A stretch of DNA of 64,000 bases. Origin: Polyangiaceae bacterium. Lineage in GTDB: Bacteria; Myxococcota_A; Polyangia; Polyangiales; Polyangiaceae. Positions 17,881 through 26,895 of this stretch are shown here, piece after piece. The notes below the pieces were generated by a model, which worked only from the letters and a program-made list of their open reading frames with translations, ran no database searches and was not told the DNA's origin. The first letter of the stretch is position 1. Each line of letters starts with the position of its first letter. The position numbers and the translations under genes are program-made. The stretch spans positions 3,200,001-3,264,000 of the forward strand of contig CBDCTZ010000016.1 of NCBI GenBank assembly GCA_965222375.1, written 5' to 3'.

Positions 17881-20094
17881 TCAGTGGAAGGTCCATCCGG
17901 TCGGATCCGAGTGGAAGAAGTCACCGGAATACATGGTGTAGCTGCCCCACATGCTGTACGGGATGACGACCAATTGAAGTCGTCGTCCCCAAATCTCCGC
18001 ATCACGCAACTGAATGCGCTTCGTCAGCGAGTGAGACGTGTCCTGCCGGATCACCTGGCCGGTGTCCAGGTCCTTCACCTGAATCCCAACATGCGGAGTC
18101 CATGTCAGGTCCGGGTCTTCGTAGAACAATACCCAGTTGTACTGCCGAACGCTGCTGGGCATGGGCTGACAGCCGTTCACGCAACCGTAGGCAGTGACGT
18201 TCGGCTGGAGTGTGAACGGGCTCTGTCCCCACCAGCTCGGTCCGGTCGCCCAGCCTGGCGCGGGCACGGTGATGTGAGGTCTGCCGTATCCCCAGGTGTA
18301 GCCTGTACCAAACAGCCGATCTTGAGTCGGACCATCGCCGGCGTCGCCCATCAACGACATGTTCAGTCGAAGCGTACGGGCATTCTGCGGCCACCCGATG
18401 GTGCGAAAGCCGTCGAGCACGCGCGCCGCGCCGCCCGCCACTGCCGGGGCGGACACGGACGTGCCGTAGAAACGCGTGTTGGCCGAGTTTGCGTACCAAT
18501 CCAATGCGCTGGCCCCAGTGAAGTTGACCACGTACGGCCCGAGCAAATCCAGGACGGTGTCGTAGCCGAGGCTACCCGTCGCCATGTGGATGATCATTTT
18601 GCCCCCGCTGCTATTGATGTGAAGCGAGGTGGAGTTGAAATCTGCCAGGCGATTCCAGGTGTCTAGCCCCCCGACGGTCAAGACCTCGGGGCGCATTTGA
18701 GGATAGCCAACCTTGCACGTGCCGTCCCAGGGCGTGTTCCCAGCGGCACCAACTATCAGCACGCCCTGATCGGTCGCACTTCGGATGGCCGAGTTGAGGG
18801 CGCCACAATCGTGGTTTCGATCACAAGCACCGCTGTAGAAGTAGCCTACTGACATGTTCACGATGTCGGTGCCTTGCGCCACTGCATCCTGCAAGGCTAG
18901 CCGAGCTGCGTCGCAACCAGCCGCTACATCGTAGGCCAAAATGTGAGCCCCGTACGCTCGGGATCCGCTACGCACGTCACCCATGATCCAGGAACAGTTG
19001 GGGTCTCGTCCGGACTCGACGTTGCCCAGCGCCCACTGGGTGACTGGATTGGCGTGGTTCAACGCGCCAGGCGTCGAAGTAAAGGTGCAGGACGAGTTCG
19101 AGCAAACCTTGGCAAAGAGAAAGCGATCCCCAGGAGGGCTGGAAGGGGCGAAGCGGAATGCGTGATGTGCCTTTACCGCGATACCGCTATCCAGTATGGC
19201 CACACGAACTCGACCTCCTGCACGCCCGCCCGTGTCGCCACTGTAGTACGTTGTCAGCAAGTTCTCGCGTGTTCCAATGCGCCAGGACTGTCCGCCGATC
19301 CCCAAGTTGTTTCCCGGAAGCGCCGCGTAGCACTTGTCCTGATCCGCGAATTCGATCACCGCCCCGTCGTTCAGCGACGCACGCAAGACCTCGGGCAGCT
19401 TGATGAGGGTCGTCAAGGCCGCAGCGGATCCACGCACGGCAATGCTGCGATTCAACCAGGCCGCTCCGAATGTGCTGGCCCCGGCCGCACTGGCTTTGCT
19501 CGTGAACGCATCAAAGCTAGGTTGGAGCGACGCGGTGTAGGCGGAGATTTCCGCGCCGCGCTGCGCGTCCAGGTTGGATAAGCGCGGAAGCGGCGGACCA
19601 TCCAGTTCGACGACAACCTGAAGCTCGGAACTTTGCGCCGACGCTGCCAGGGCGTCGAGCACACGTGATTTTCCGTCGTCCACGGAATGGGCCTCTGCGG
19701 GCGCTTGAGTGGGACTGGCGCTGCTGTTCGCCGAGGCCAACTCGGCCTCGCTCGTCGGCGCGAATGTCCAGCGGGATTCTCCCGCGGCGTCGCGTCGCGT
19801 TCCCGTCGCGTCTTCATGGACGGACCGCGTTAGGTACTGAACGTCGGCTTCGGTCAGCTGCGTTTCGTCGGGTGGAACCACAAGCTGTTGTGAAGAGGCA
19901 CGTGTCTCGCCCGAGTCAGTGGCTTGACAGCCGTAGCAGCCAACCGAGATCACGAGCGCGCAGGCGAGTCGAGAGGCGATTCGACGGCTCTGGCTGTCTG
20001 GTTGTTTGGTTGTTTGGTTGTTTGGTTGTTTGGTTGTTTGGTTGTTTGGTTGTTTGGTTGTTTGGCATGTGTCTACCTTGGTGAGAAGGTACAA
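17881..20094 (-). CDS. S8 (subtilisin-like) serine peptidase, probable lipoprotein; start ambiguous
   Basis: VAILDSG (Asp), NHANPV (His), AAGN, GTSVSAPAVAG (Ser); hydrophobic signal ending VGCYGC; propeptide-like region. Confidence 0.9.
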   Translation of the reverse strand: MYLLTKVDTCQTTKQPNNQTTKQPNNQTTKQPDSQSRRIASRLACALVISVGCYGCQATDSGETRASSQQLVVPPDETQLTEADVQYLTRSVHEDATGTRRDAAGESRWTFAPTSEAELASANSSASPTQAPAEAHSVDDGKSRVLDALAASAQSSELQVVVELDGPPLPRLSNLDAQRGAEISAYTASLQPSFDAFTSKASAAGASTFGAAWLNRSIAVRGSAAALTTLIKLPEVLRASLNDGAVIEFADQDKCYAALPGNNLGIGGQSWRIGTRENLLTTYYSGDTGGRAGGRVRVAILDSGIAVKAHHAFRFAPSSPPGDRFLFAKVCSNSSCTFTSTPGALNHANPVTQWALGNVESGRDPNCSWIMGDVRSGSRAYGAHILAYDVAAGCDAARLALQDAVAQGTDIVNMSVGYFYSGACDRNHDCGALNSAIRSATDQGVLIVGAAGNTPWDGTCKVGYPQMRPEVLTVGGLDTWNRLADFNSTSLHINSSGGKMIIHMATGSLGYDTVLDLLGPYVVNFTGASALDWYANSANTRFYGTSVSAPAVAGGAARVLDGFRTIGWPQNARTLRLNMSLMGDAGDGPTQDRLFGTGYTWGYGRPHITVPAPGWATGPSWWGQSPFTLQPNVTAYGCVNGCQPMPSSVRQYNWVLFYEDPDLTWTPHVGIQVKDLDTGQVIRQDTSHSLTKRIQLRDAEIWGRRLQLVVIPYSMWGSYTMYSGDFFHSDPTGWTFH
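20000..20063 (-). repeat. Perfect octanucleotide SSR (AAACAACC)x8, plus one degenerate unit at 19992-19999
   Basis: GGTTGTTT counted 8 times on the + strand. Confidence 0.97.
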
Positions 20095-20475
20095 TGAGCC
20101 GTGCGGTCAAAATGGCTTGCGCCTGAGGCCGACGCAAGGGCGTGCCGACCGGGAGGTTGTATATGGCTGACACAACTACCCGAAAGCGTTGGCTTGGTTG
20201 GCGGTTGCCTTTCGCCGACAGGGTGTTGTTCGATGTGACGGATGTCAGGTGGGTTCGTCGCACGACCGGCCCTCGGTTGCCCCGCGACGGAAATGGAACG
20301 GGCCCGTTCGGAGGCGTCGGCAAGGCTGCGCCGCGGGCCCACGGCACTCGGTGTCGTCGCGGTTGTGACGGAGGCGGTCGTGACGGCCGGGGAACTGCGG
20401 CGCGCAGGCGCCGAGGCCGTGATCCGCATCGACATCATCCCGGAAGCGAAGTCGCTGCGATCCCACCCGCAACGT

Positions 20476-20739
20476 GAAGGCGATCGCAACCGCCCCACCG
20501 AGTGGCAAACCATGCAGAGTCAGTGGTTCCCTTGGTGAGCGCGCAGGTCGCTAGGGAGCAACCAGTACCGGAAGCCGTCGCGCCTTGTGGCTCTGCAAGC
20601 GAGTCGCTAGGGAGCAACGAGTACCGGAAGCTGTCGCGAGGACGGCATTGCCTGGGGCTGCGACGTGACGCTGGTTAAATCGACGCGGGCCTGACTGGGC
20701 GCGTGGGGGTCGCGGCCGCTGAGGCGGTTGGTGGTTTCT
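20476..20739 (+). repeat. 264-bp direct repeat, right copy
   Basis: Partner of 16611-16874. Confidence 0.97.
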
Positions 20740-22448
20740 CGGAAATGCATGGCCAGGTCGTCTGCCAGCGCTCCGAACAACCCTGCCGAGAGACCGCCTT
20801 GGAGCCGGAAAGCATCCTGAGTCGTCTGGGGCCGCCCGCCGGTGCGATGCTCGGTACGTAGCAGCCCCGGTTGCTGCAATAGCCTCAGTTTGCGCAAGCC
20901 CCAGGAGCCCAGATACATCGCTGGAGCACCGGCTGCGAGAGCACGCTCGGTAGCGGTGGGCTCGCCGGTCCACTTGATCAGGTCTCGCCTGAGCGCGATC
21001 ACCTGCTCCCGCACCTGGGGGCTCGGGGGAAAGGCGACGGTTGCGGATATCAGTGGAAGCACGCTGCGGGCGTCTCGACGCAGTCGCTCCGCACGCTGTC
21101 GCAACAAGGGGCTGTCGTCGGAGCGCAGGTTCTTGAATCCCTCCAGCCACACTCGGGCCAGTCGCAACGGACTGGGTCCGAGGCGCTGGAAGTCGGTGCG
21201 GTAGATCGCGCGCTGCAATTCCTCGATCTTCTCCGGGTTCGCGAAGCGCGGGTGCTTGAAGTGCATCGAAAAGCCGTCCCAGCGGCGCAGATCTGGCGAC
21301 CCTTGGTAGTGGTCTCGATAGCGGTCTTCTTTGATCACCTGCTCGTGAAAGGGCGTTCCCGGGAAGGCGAAGTAGATCAGGCACTGCACCAGCGCCGGCT
21401 CGAGAGCCATCAACGCTTCGAACTCGCGCCACACCGTGGCCTCGTCCTGGTAAGGGAAGCCGATGATCATACTGGTCAGCGTTCCGCAGCCCACGGATTT
21501 GAGTTCGCGATACAGCTCCGGCAGAGGCTTGCCGCGTTGCTTCGTGTAGCCGGACTCGGCGCCCTCGAAGGCATTCCAGATCAGATCGAAGCCCATCTCC
21601 GCGACTTCCCGGGCTGTGAACTGGGACAGCCCGCGGACGCTACCGAAACCCATGATCGACAGCGCTTGCCCGCCCTCCCGAACACACTCCAAGAACTCCA
21701 TCGCGCGCCGGCGGTGCAAGAAGAAGTCTTCGTCGATCACGATGTACCCGCTCATCTCCTGGCCCTCTTCTTGGCAGCGAGACCGGGTCGCCATCATGGT
21801 TTCATACAGGTCGCGCCCGCCGTGGGAGAAGGGTACGTACTTCTGTTTGAAGAAGTGGGACGTGCAGCAGAAGTCACACCCGCTGGAGCAACCTAGGCCC
21901 GCCGTGACGTGGCCAACGACGGTCGGGATCTGGAAGTCGAGAATACGAGCGCTCGGAATCGGTGCGTGGGGGTGACGGATGGGCGTGTCGAGGGCTTCGC
22001 CCAGCTCGCGACGAAGATAACGCACGCCTTCTTCACGGCACACTCCGTCGCTGAAGGGAGCGAGCACTGGATCGGGCAGCACTGTGCCGTAGCCGCCCAA
22101 GATGATCTTGGCGCTCGGCGCGTGTTTCCGGATCAGTGCGACCATCTGGCGCACCTTGTGAAACGTAGCGACGACGAAGTTGATCCCGATGTGCGTGTAG
22201 TTCTCGCGCTGAAGTTCACGGATGAACTCCCGCTCGGATGGGTAGTGCAGCGTCACCGTGGGCGTTTGAACGTTCTCCGCGAGGTAATCCAAGGCCCAAA
22301 CTCGAATCACTTGGCGCAGACTGAACGGACCCTGCGCTCGGGTGACCTGCGCGTGGAACAACTCGGCCCCGACCGAGTCGCCCTCCCCAGGTCCGCCAAA
22401 GGGACGAATGACGCTCGTGAGCAGCAGCCTGTGTGGTGACGTTTGCAT
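20607..22448 (-). CDS. B12-binding-domain radical SAM protein
   Basis: GCSSGCDFC (CxxxCxxC); N-terminal IRKHAPSAKIILGGYG cobalamin-binding-like domain; IIGFP; FPGTP. Confidence 0.9.
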   Translation of the reverse strand: MQTSPHRLLLTSVIRPFGGPGEGDSVGAELFHAQVTRAQGPFSLRQVIRVWALDYLAENVQTPTVTLHYPSEREFIRELQRENYTHIGINFVVATFHKVRQMVALIRKHAPSAKIILGGYGTVLPDPVLAPFSDGVCREEGVRYLRRELGEALDTPIRHPHAPIPSARILDFQIPTVVGHVTAGLGCSSGCDFCCTSHFFKQKYVPFSHGGRDLYETMMATRSRCQEEGQEMSGYIVIDEDFFLHRRRAMEFLECVREGGQALSIMGFGSVRGLSQFTAREVAEMGFDLIWNAFEGAESGYTKQRGKPLPELYRELKSVGCGTLTSMIIGFPYQDEATVWREFEALMALEPALVQCLIYFAFPGTPFHEQVIKEDRYRDHYQGSPDLRRWDGFSMHFKHPRFANPEKIEELQRAIYRTDFQRLGPSPLRLARVWLEGFKNLRSDDSPLLRQRAERLRRDARSVLPLISATVAFPPSPQVREQVIALRRDLIKWTGEPTATERALAAGAPAMYLGSWGLRKLRLLQQPGLLRTEHRTGGRPQTTQDAFRLQGGLSAGLFGALADDLAMHFRETTNRLSGRDPHAPSQARVDLTSVTSQPQAMPSSRQLPVLVAP

Positions 22449-22703
22449 CCGCGCAGCCTAGACGCGCTCGCTTTGCCCGCGTGTCACGTGCGGCAACGTT
22501 GCGGTCACGATTCCGCCAGCACTTTGATGGGCGTCAAGAAGTGACGTGAGCTAGTTCAACACGCGGGCGCGCGCCCAGCGTGAGTGCAGCAGCGCGCACA
22601 GAAGCGGGCTCTCGAGCGAGGAACGCACCGCTCGGGCCAGTTCGAGAGTAGTGCCGCAGCGCCGCCACGCGTCCGCGACCCCAACCCAACCAAGATCATC
22701 GAC

Positions 22704-24410
22704 TCAAGCGTGGAAGGCTTTGCGGAAGACTTCGCGCTGCTTGCGCGTGCCGATCAGGACCAATTCGAGCTCCGAGTCGAAGACGGTCGACTTCGCGAGT
22801 TTGCAGTTGGTGCGGCCCTGTTTGCGGGTGCCGATGACGCCCAGGCCGGTTTGATCCGTGATGGCGGCGCCTTCAAGGGTGACGCCGTGCAGCGCCACGG
22901 GAGTCTGTACGACGAATACATCGACCTCTTCCCCAACCACGACGACTTGGTCCAGCAGGTAGCCGAGCAGGAGTTTGGCGCCGAGGGAGCTCTCGGACAG
23001 CACGAAGTTGGCGCCGGCGCGATGCACGGATTCGAGGTTGTGCTCGTGAGTGATGCGGCTGACGATGTGGCAGTTCGGGTTGAGGCGTCGGGCGTAGAGG
23101 GTGAGGAAGATGTTCGTCGCGTCATCATGGGTGGAGAGCACCACGGACGGCGTGGTCTCGATACCTGCCTCGCGCATGATGTTGATGTCGGCCCCGCTGC
23201 CAACGACGACTCGGTCTGCGATGGTCCCCAGGAGTGGTTTGAGGGTCTCGTCCTGCTCGATCACATTGACCCGGACGCCCTGAGCTTTGAGGGCGCGGAC
23301 GGCGGCTCGCCCGACAACGCCGCCGCCGATGACCAACGCAGGCTCGGTGAGGGGTTCGATGTGAGAGAAGGACTCGTTCAACGCCTCGAATTGCTCGTCG
23401 GTTCCCATCAATACGATCACGGAATCGTCGGTCAGTCGAACGTCCGCGCGCGCCACCACCAGGTTGCCCTTTTCCCACGAGGCCACCACGGTCAAGCCGG
23501 TGCGCTGCCGCAGCTCGGTTTCGGCCAGGGTCTGGCCGGCGAGCCCCGAGCGACGTACCGGCAGTTCCGAGATCGTCAGATCGCCGAAGTTGCCGATGGG
23601 GTGCGCGGCGAGCACGCCGGCGTTGGCGTGGGCTGCCAAGTTTTCTCCCAAGCGACGCTTGAGTGCGATGACATGGTCCGCGCCACTCAGCTCCAGGACG
23701 TCGATGGCGTCTTTGTGGACGACGATTGCAGCGACGGGGATCTTCTTGGAGATCTCGCGCACGGTCAGCGTGATGCTCGTGTTCTGTGCGTCGGAACGGT
23801 TGGCTACCACGAGCTTGGCATTTTGGACGCGTGCTGCCCTCCAGGTTTCAACCCGTTCGGGGCTGCCCACCATGACGTTGATGCCGTCCAAGTGGTGCGC
23901 CACCGCCTCTTTCGGATCTGGCTCGATCAGCACGTAGCTGACGCCCTGGGCCTTGAATCGAACGATCAGCGCTTGGGCCACGGGATCCATCCCGCAGATG
24001 ATGGTGTGCCCCTCGGTTTCGGGCGGCACTTCTCGCGGCGCCTTCAACTTGAGTTGGGCCTCCATCCACGGTGCGTAGAAATGACGGATGAAGGAAAAGG
24101 GCAAAACGATGAGTAGGAGCACCACCCCTGTGAGCAGGACGATCAGGCTGAAGGCGCGCCCAGTGTCGGTGTGAAATGTGATGTCCCCGAAGCCGAGGGT
24201 GCTCATGACCGTGAGGGTCCAGTACACGCCTGTGAGCCAGCTGTGGTCCTGGCCTTCGAGCAGCATGAGCATGTGGAAGAGCACGCTGTAGACCGCAACG
24301 AAGACGACCAAGATCACGAAGATCTTGCCGAGGGCCCAGATGTTCTGGCGCATGTCGCGATCCTTGAGGATCGCCATCATCTGCGAGGTCAGGAACTTCA
24401 CGCTGCCCAC
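22704..24410 (-). CDS. TrkA-family potassium channel protein (pore plus tandem RCK domains)
   Basis: TMSTLGFGDI-type pore (VMSTLGFGDI); RCK-N motifs HTIICG and IGGGVVG; RCK-C domains. Confidence 0.93.
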   Translation of the reverse strand: MGSVKFLTSQMMAILKDRDMRQNIWALGKIFVILVVFVAVYSVLFHMLMLLEGQDHSWLTGVYWTLTVMSTLGFGDITFHTDTGRAFSLIVLLTGVVLLLIVLPFSFIRHFYAPWMEAQLKLKAPREVPPETEGHTIICGMDPVAQALIVRFKAQGVSYVLIEPDPKEAVAHHLDGINVMVGSPERVETWRAARVQNAKLVVANRSDAQNTSITLTVREISKKIPVAAIVVHKDAIDVLELSGADHVIALKRRLGENLAAHANAGVLAAHPIGNFGDLTISELPVRRSGLAGQTLAETELRQRTGLTVVASWEKGNLVVARADVRLTDDSVIVLMGTDEQFEALNESFSHIEPLTEPALVIGGGVVGRAAVRALKAQGVRVNVIEQDETLKPLLGTIADRVVVGSGADINIMREAGIETTPSVVLSTHDDATNIFLTLYARRLNPNCHIVSRITHEHNLESVHRAGANFVLSESSLGAKLLLGYLLDQVVVVGEEVDVFVVQTPVALHGVTLEGAAITDQTGLGVIGTRKQGRTNCKLAKSTVFDSELELVLIGTRKQREVFRKAFHA

Positions 24411-24444
24411 GCTATATCAGGACCAAAAGCTTCGCCAGTTCGTG

Positions 24445-25374
24445 TCACAGCTTGTCGATGTGCACGGTGGAGTTGAGACTAGCTTCTATTTTCACCACGG
24501 GTCGTAGGCTCATGCCGCGTTTTCGATAACCCACACCGTCCTCTTCCTGCTGCGCCTCTTCGGAGACTTGCGCGATGACGCCGCGGAGCTCAACTCGGTC
24601 GCCGTTGTTCAGCGTGCTGAGCTGCGCGTCCGTGCCTGGGGTCCGCCATTTCGCGCTCGCGTCGAGGCTGCTTGCGTGGTTCGTCACCAGTCTGTCGAAC
24701 CACTCTTGGGCGCCAACCTTGCGCGTTGGCGCGTGCAGCTCGGGGGCGGCGTCGAGGTCCGCCACGACCAGGACGCCATCGGCCTCGAGGGTCCAGGGTA
24801 CGGACCACACGACGCGCTCTGCTTTGCCCGTCTCGGTCAGCCACAAGTCGTGCATCAGTCCGGGCTCTGCTCCGGATTCATTGCCAACTAGATGGCCACG
24901 TACCCGCACCCGACTCCCGACCAGGTGCCGTAGTTGCGCCGCGCTATCCGACTTGGGCAGCAACAGGGTGCGGGGGGCCTTCACTCCCGCTGCCAGCTCT
25001 GGAGGCACGACGTCGAATACGAGTTCGTCTCGCGTGCCGCCAATCAGCCGCATCAACACGAGTCCGACGAGCGACGCAAAGAAGCCCACCACGATGCCGA
25101 CGAAGACCAGCAGCAACACATCGCTGAGCAGGCTGTCGACGAAGCGGAGCACCGCTTTTGGCAGGATCAACAGCGGGCTGAGCCACAGCCCATGGCCGAA
25201 GAGCCGCACCAGCTTGCCGAACAGGGTCGCCAGGCGTGCCGAGAGCTGCGTAGGCGGCGCCAGATAGGCCTTTGGGGTGCCAAGTTCGCTCTTTTCGAGT
25301 TGGTCGCCGCGGACGCGGGTTTCGATCAGCTTGTGGGGCCCGAGCCTCTGGAAGAACAGTCGGTGCGCTGGCAC
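24445..25374 (-). CDS. Hypothetical membrane protein
   Basis: Long ORF with TM segments and an OB-like C-terminal part; start uncertain. Confidence 0.65.
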   Translation of the reverse strand: MPAHRLFFQRLGPHKLIETRVRGDQLEKSELGTPKAYLAPPTQLSARLATLFGKLVRLFGHGLWLSPLLILPKAVLRFVDSLLSDVLLLVFVGIVVGFFASLVGLVLMRLIGGTRDELVFDVVPPELAAGVKAPRTLLLPKSDSAAQLRHLVGSRVRVRGHLVGNESGAEPGLMHDLWLTETGKAERVVWSVPWTLEADGVLVVADLDAAPELHAPTRKVGAQEWFDRLVTNHASSLDASAKWRTPGTDAQLSTLNNGDRVELRGVIAQVSEEAQQEEDGVGYRKRGMSLRPVVKIEASLNSTVHIDKL

Positions 25375-25421
25375 GGCCGCAGCATACTCCCCAGGGACGC
25401 CAAATCGGCTATCCTCGAAGC

Positions 25422-25937
25422 GTGAAGCGCCTGGTTGCCCTGATCATTCTCATCGTCCTGACGACTCTGGGGCTCGCTGCGTTCACGGCCACCTACGAGG
25501 CTTCGCATGGTAGTTCACTTTCCTATTCAGAGCTGTGGGGTATTCCGTTTTTGGCGATTCACAGCAGTGACGTCGGTTTTGGCGCGCCGTCGATCATCAG
25601 CTTGGGCCTGCCGGGAATCGGCGTGCTTTCCGTCGGAGTCGGCGGAATCGGGTTGGTGAGCATTGGCGCCATTGGCGGCGGGCTGCTCTTCGGCATTGGA
25701 CAGCTCGGGGCCGGGCTACTCTCGATGGGTCAGCTGAGCCTCGGCGGGCTCATCGGCATTGGGCAGCTGTCCACGGGTTGGGCAGCTCTGGGGCAGCTGG
25801 CCCTTGGTGTACGCGCGCGGGGGCAGGGCTACAAGTGGCGCAAGGGCGGCAAGTTCTTCAAGTCCATGCACGCAGAGTTGGAAGAACTGCTTCGCTTCAG
25901 TTTCGTCGAAGATCGGCTCTGGGCCCGCAAGCGCTGA
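25422..25937 (+). CDS. Hypothetical Gly-rich membrane protein
   Basis: GTG start, hydrophobic N-terminus, repeated GQL.xG segments. Confidence 0.7.
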   Translation: MKRLVALIILIVLTTLGLAAFTATYEASHGSSLSYSELWGIPFLAIHSSDVGFGAPSIISLGLPGIGVLSVGVGGIGLVSIGAIGGGLLFGIGQLGAGLLSMGQLSLGGLIGIGQLSTGWAALGQLALGVRARGQGYKWRKGGKFFKSMHAELEELLRFSFVEDRLWARKR

Positions 25938-26036
25938 CCTCGCGATCAAGTCACCTTGGCACTGCCCCGCTGTCGCTAGCGCGCTCGCCGCGGCGCAACC
26001 TCCCGCAGCTCGCGCGCTAGCGCCGGAGCAATTCTG

Positions 26037-26681
26037 TCAGAGTATGCCGGCGATGCCGAAGACCAGGCCGTAGTTCCGGTCCGTGTAGTCCGCGTCGCCC
26101 GCCTGGGTATCGACGGATCCGGTCAGGCCGAAGTCGATGACCGGCCCAGCTGTGATCAAGAATCCCGGTGTCGGCGCGAACGCTATCTGAAGCTCGGCCG
26201 CGAGGGCGAACTGGGAAGCGTCTGGATCTTGCAGCTGGTAGTAGGTCAACCCGAGTCGCGGCCAGAAGCCGAAGCTTTCGCCCAAGCCGAGCATGTAGCC
26301 GACGCGAGGTGAAAAGAGAAAACCGCTGGAGTCGTCGTCCGTGGTGTTCGCTCCTCTGTCGATGGACGTGCTGACATAGCCAACGTTGCCACCCACGCTG
26401 AGGTTGTCGATGACGAAGTAGTCGATTCCGACACGGGGCAGGTTGAAGGCGCTGCGTGGCGCGTTCCACAGCACACCCAGCGTGCCGTAGGTATCCTCGG
26501 ACTCGTTGCCGCCGACTTCGACGGTCTGGGTATTGGACGTGTAACCCATCAAGCGCTCGGCGCCGAGAACGAGGTTTCCCTTCTTGCCGAGGCCGCGGGC
26601 GCCACCGTCTTCTTGCGCGCCAGCGATGGGGGCGATGAAGAGCGCACCGAGTGCGCTAAGAATTACGAGCTTTGTTCGCAT
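26037..26681 (-). CDS. Outer-membrane beta-barrel protein
   Basis: Signal peptide, GGAG RBS; DYFVIDNLSVGG, SPRVGY and WPRLG strands. Confidence 0.85.
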   Translation of the reverse strand: MRTKLVILSALGALFIAPIAGAQEDGGARGLGKKGNLVLGAERLMGYTSNTQTVEVGGNESEDTYGTLGVLWNAPRSAFNLPRVGIDYFVIDNLSVGGNVGYVSTSIDRGANTTDDDSSGFLFSPRVGYMLGLGESFGFWPRLGLTYYQLQDPDASQFALAAELQIAFAPTPGFLITAGPVIDFGLTGSVDTQAGDADYTDRNYGLVFGIAGIL

Positions 26682-26808
26682 GCTCCAGTCTCCTTTTCTG
26701 CGGGGCACAGGAGCACGCCGCATGCCGAGGAGTTTTTGAGCCAAAAGCCGGAAAAAGTGGGGTTCGTGCGTAGGCTGCAGACGACGATCCGTGGCGCCGA
26801 GACAACGC

Positions 26809-26895
26809 GAAAACACCTTCGCGCTGTGACGAGAATGTCAGTGTCGGAAAACACGCCTTCGCGCTGCGACGCCAATGTCAGTGTCGGAAAACGCC
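26809..26895. repeat. About 2.2 tandem copies of about 40 bp spanning the carboxylase stop codon
   Basis: ccttcgcgctg(t/c)gacg..aatgtcagtgtcggaaaac occurs twice. Confidence 0.85.

Noticed and set aside
16611..20739. Repeat pair as DGR template and variable regions
   Set aside because: Mismatches are not adenine-specific, they are mostly synonymous, and there is no reverse transcriptase in the window.
25368..25385. Sigma-54-like TGGCAC-N7-GC upstream of 25422 (similar on the minus strand near 14540)
   Set aside because: Poor -12 element; such matches are frequent in GC-rich DNA.
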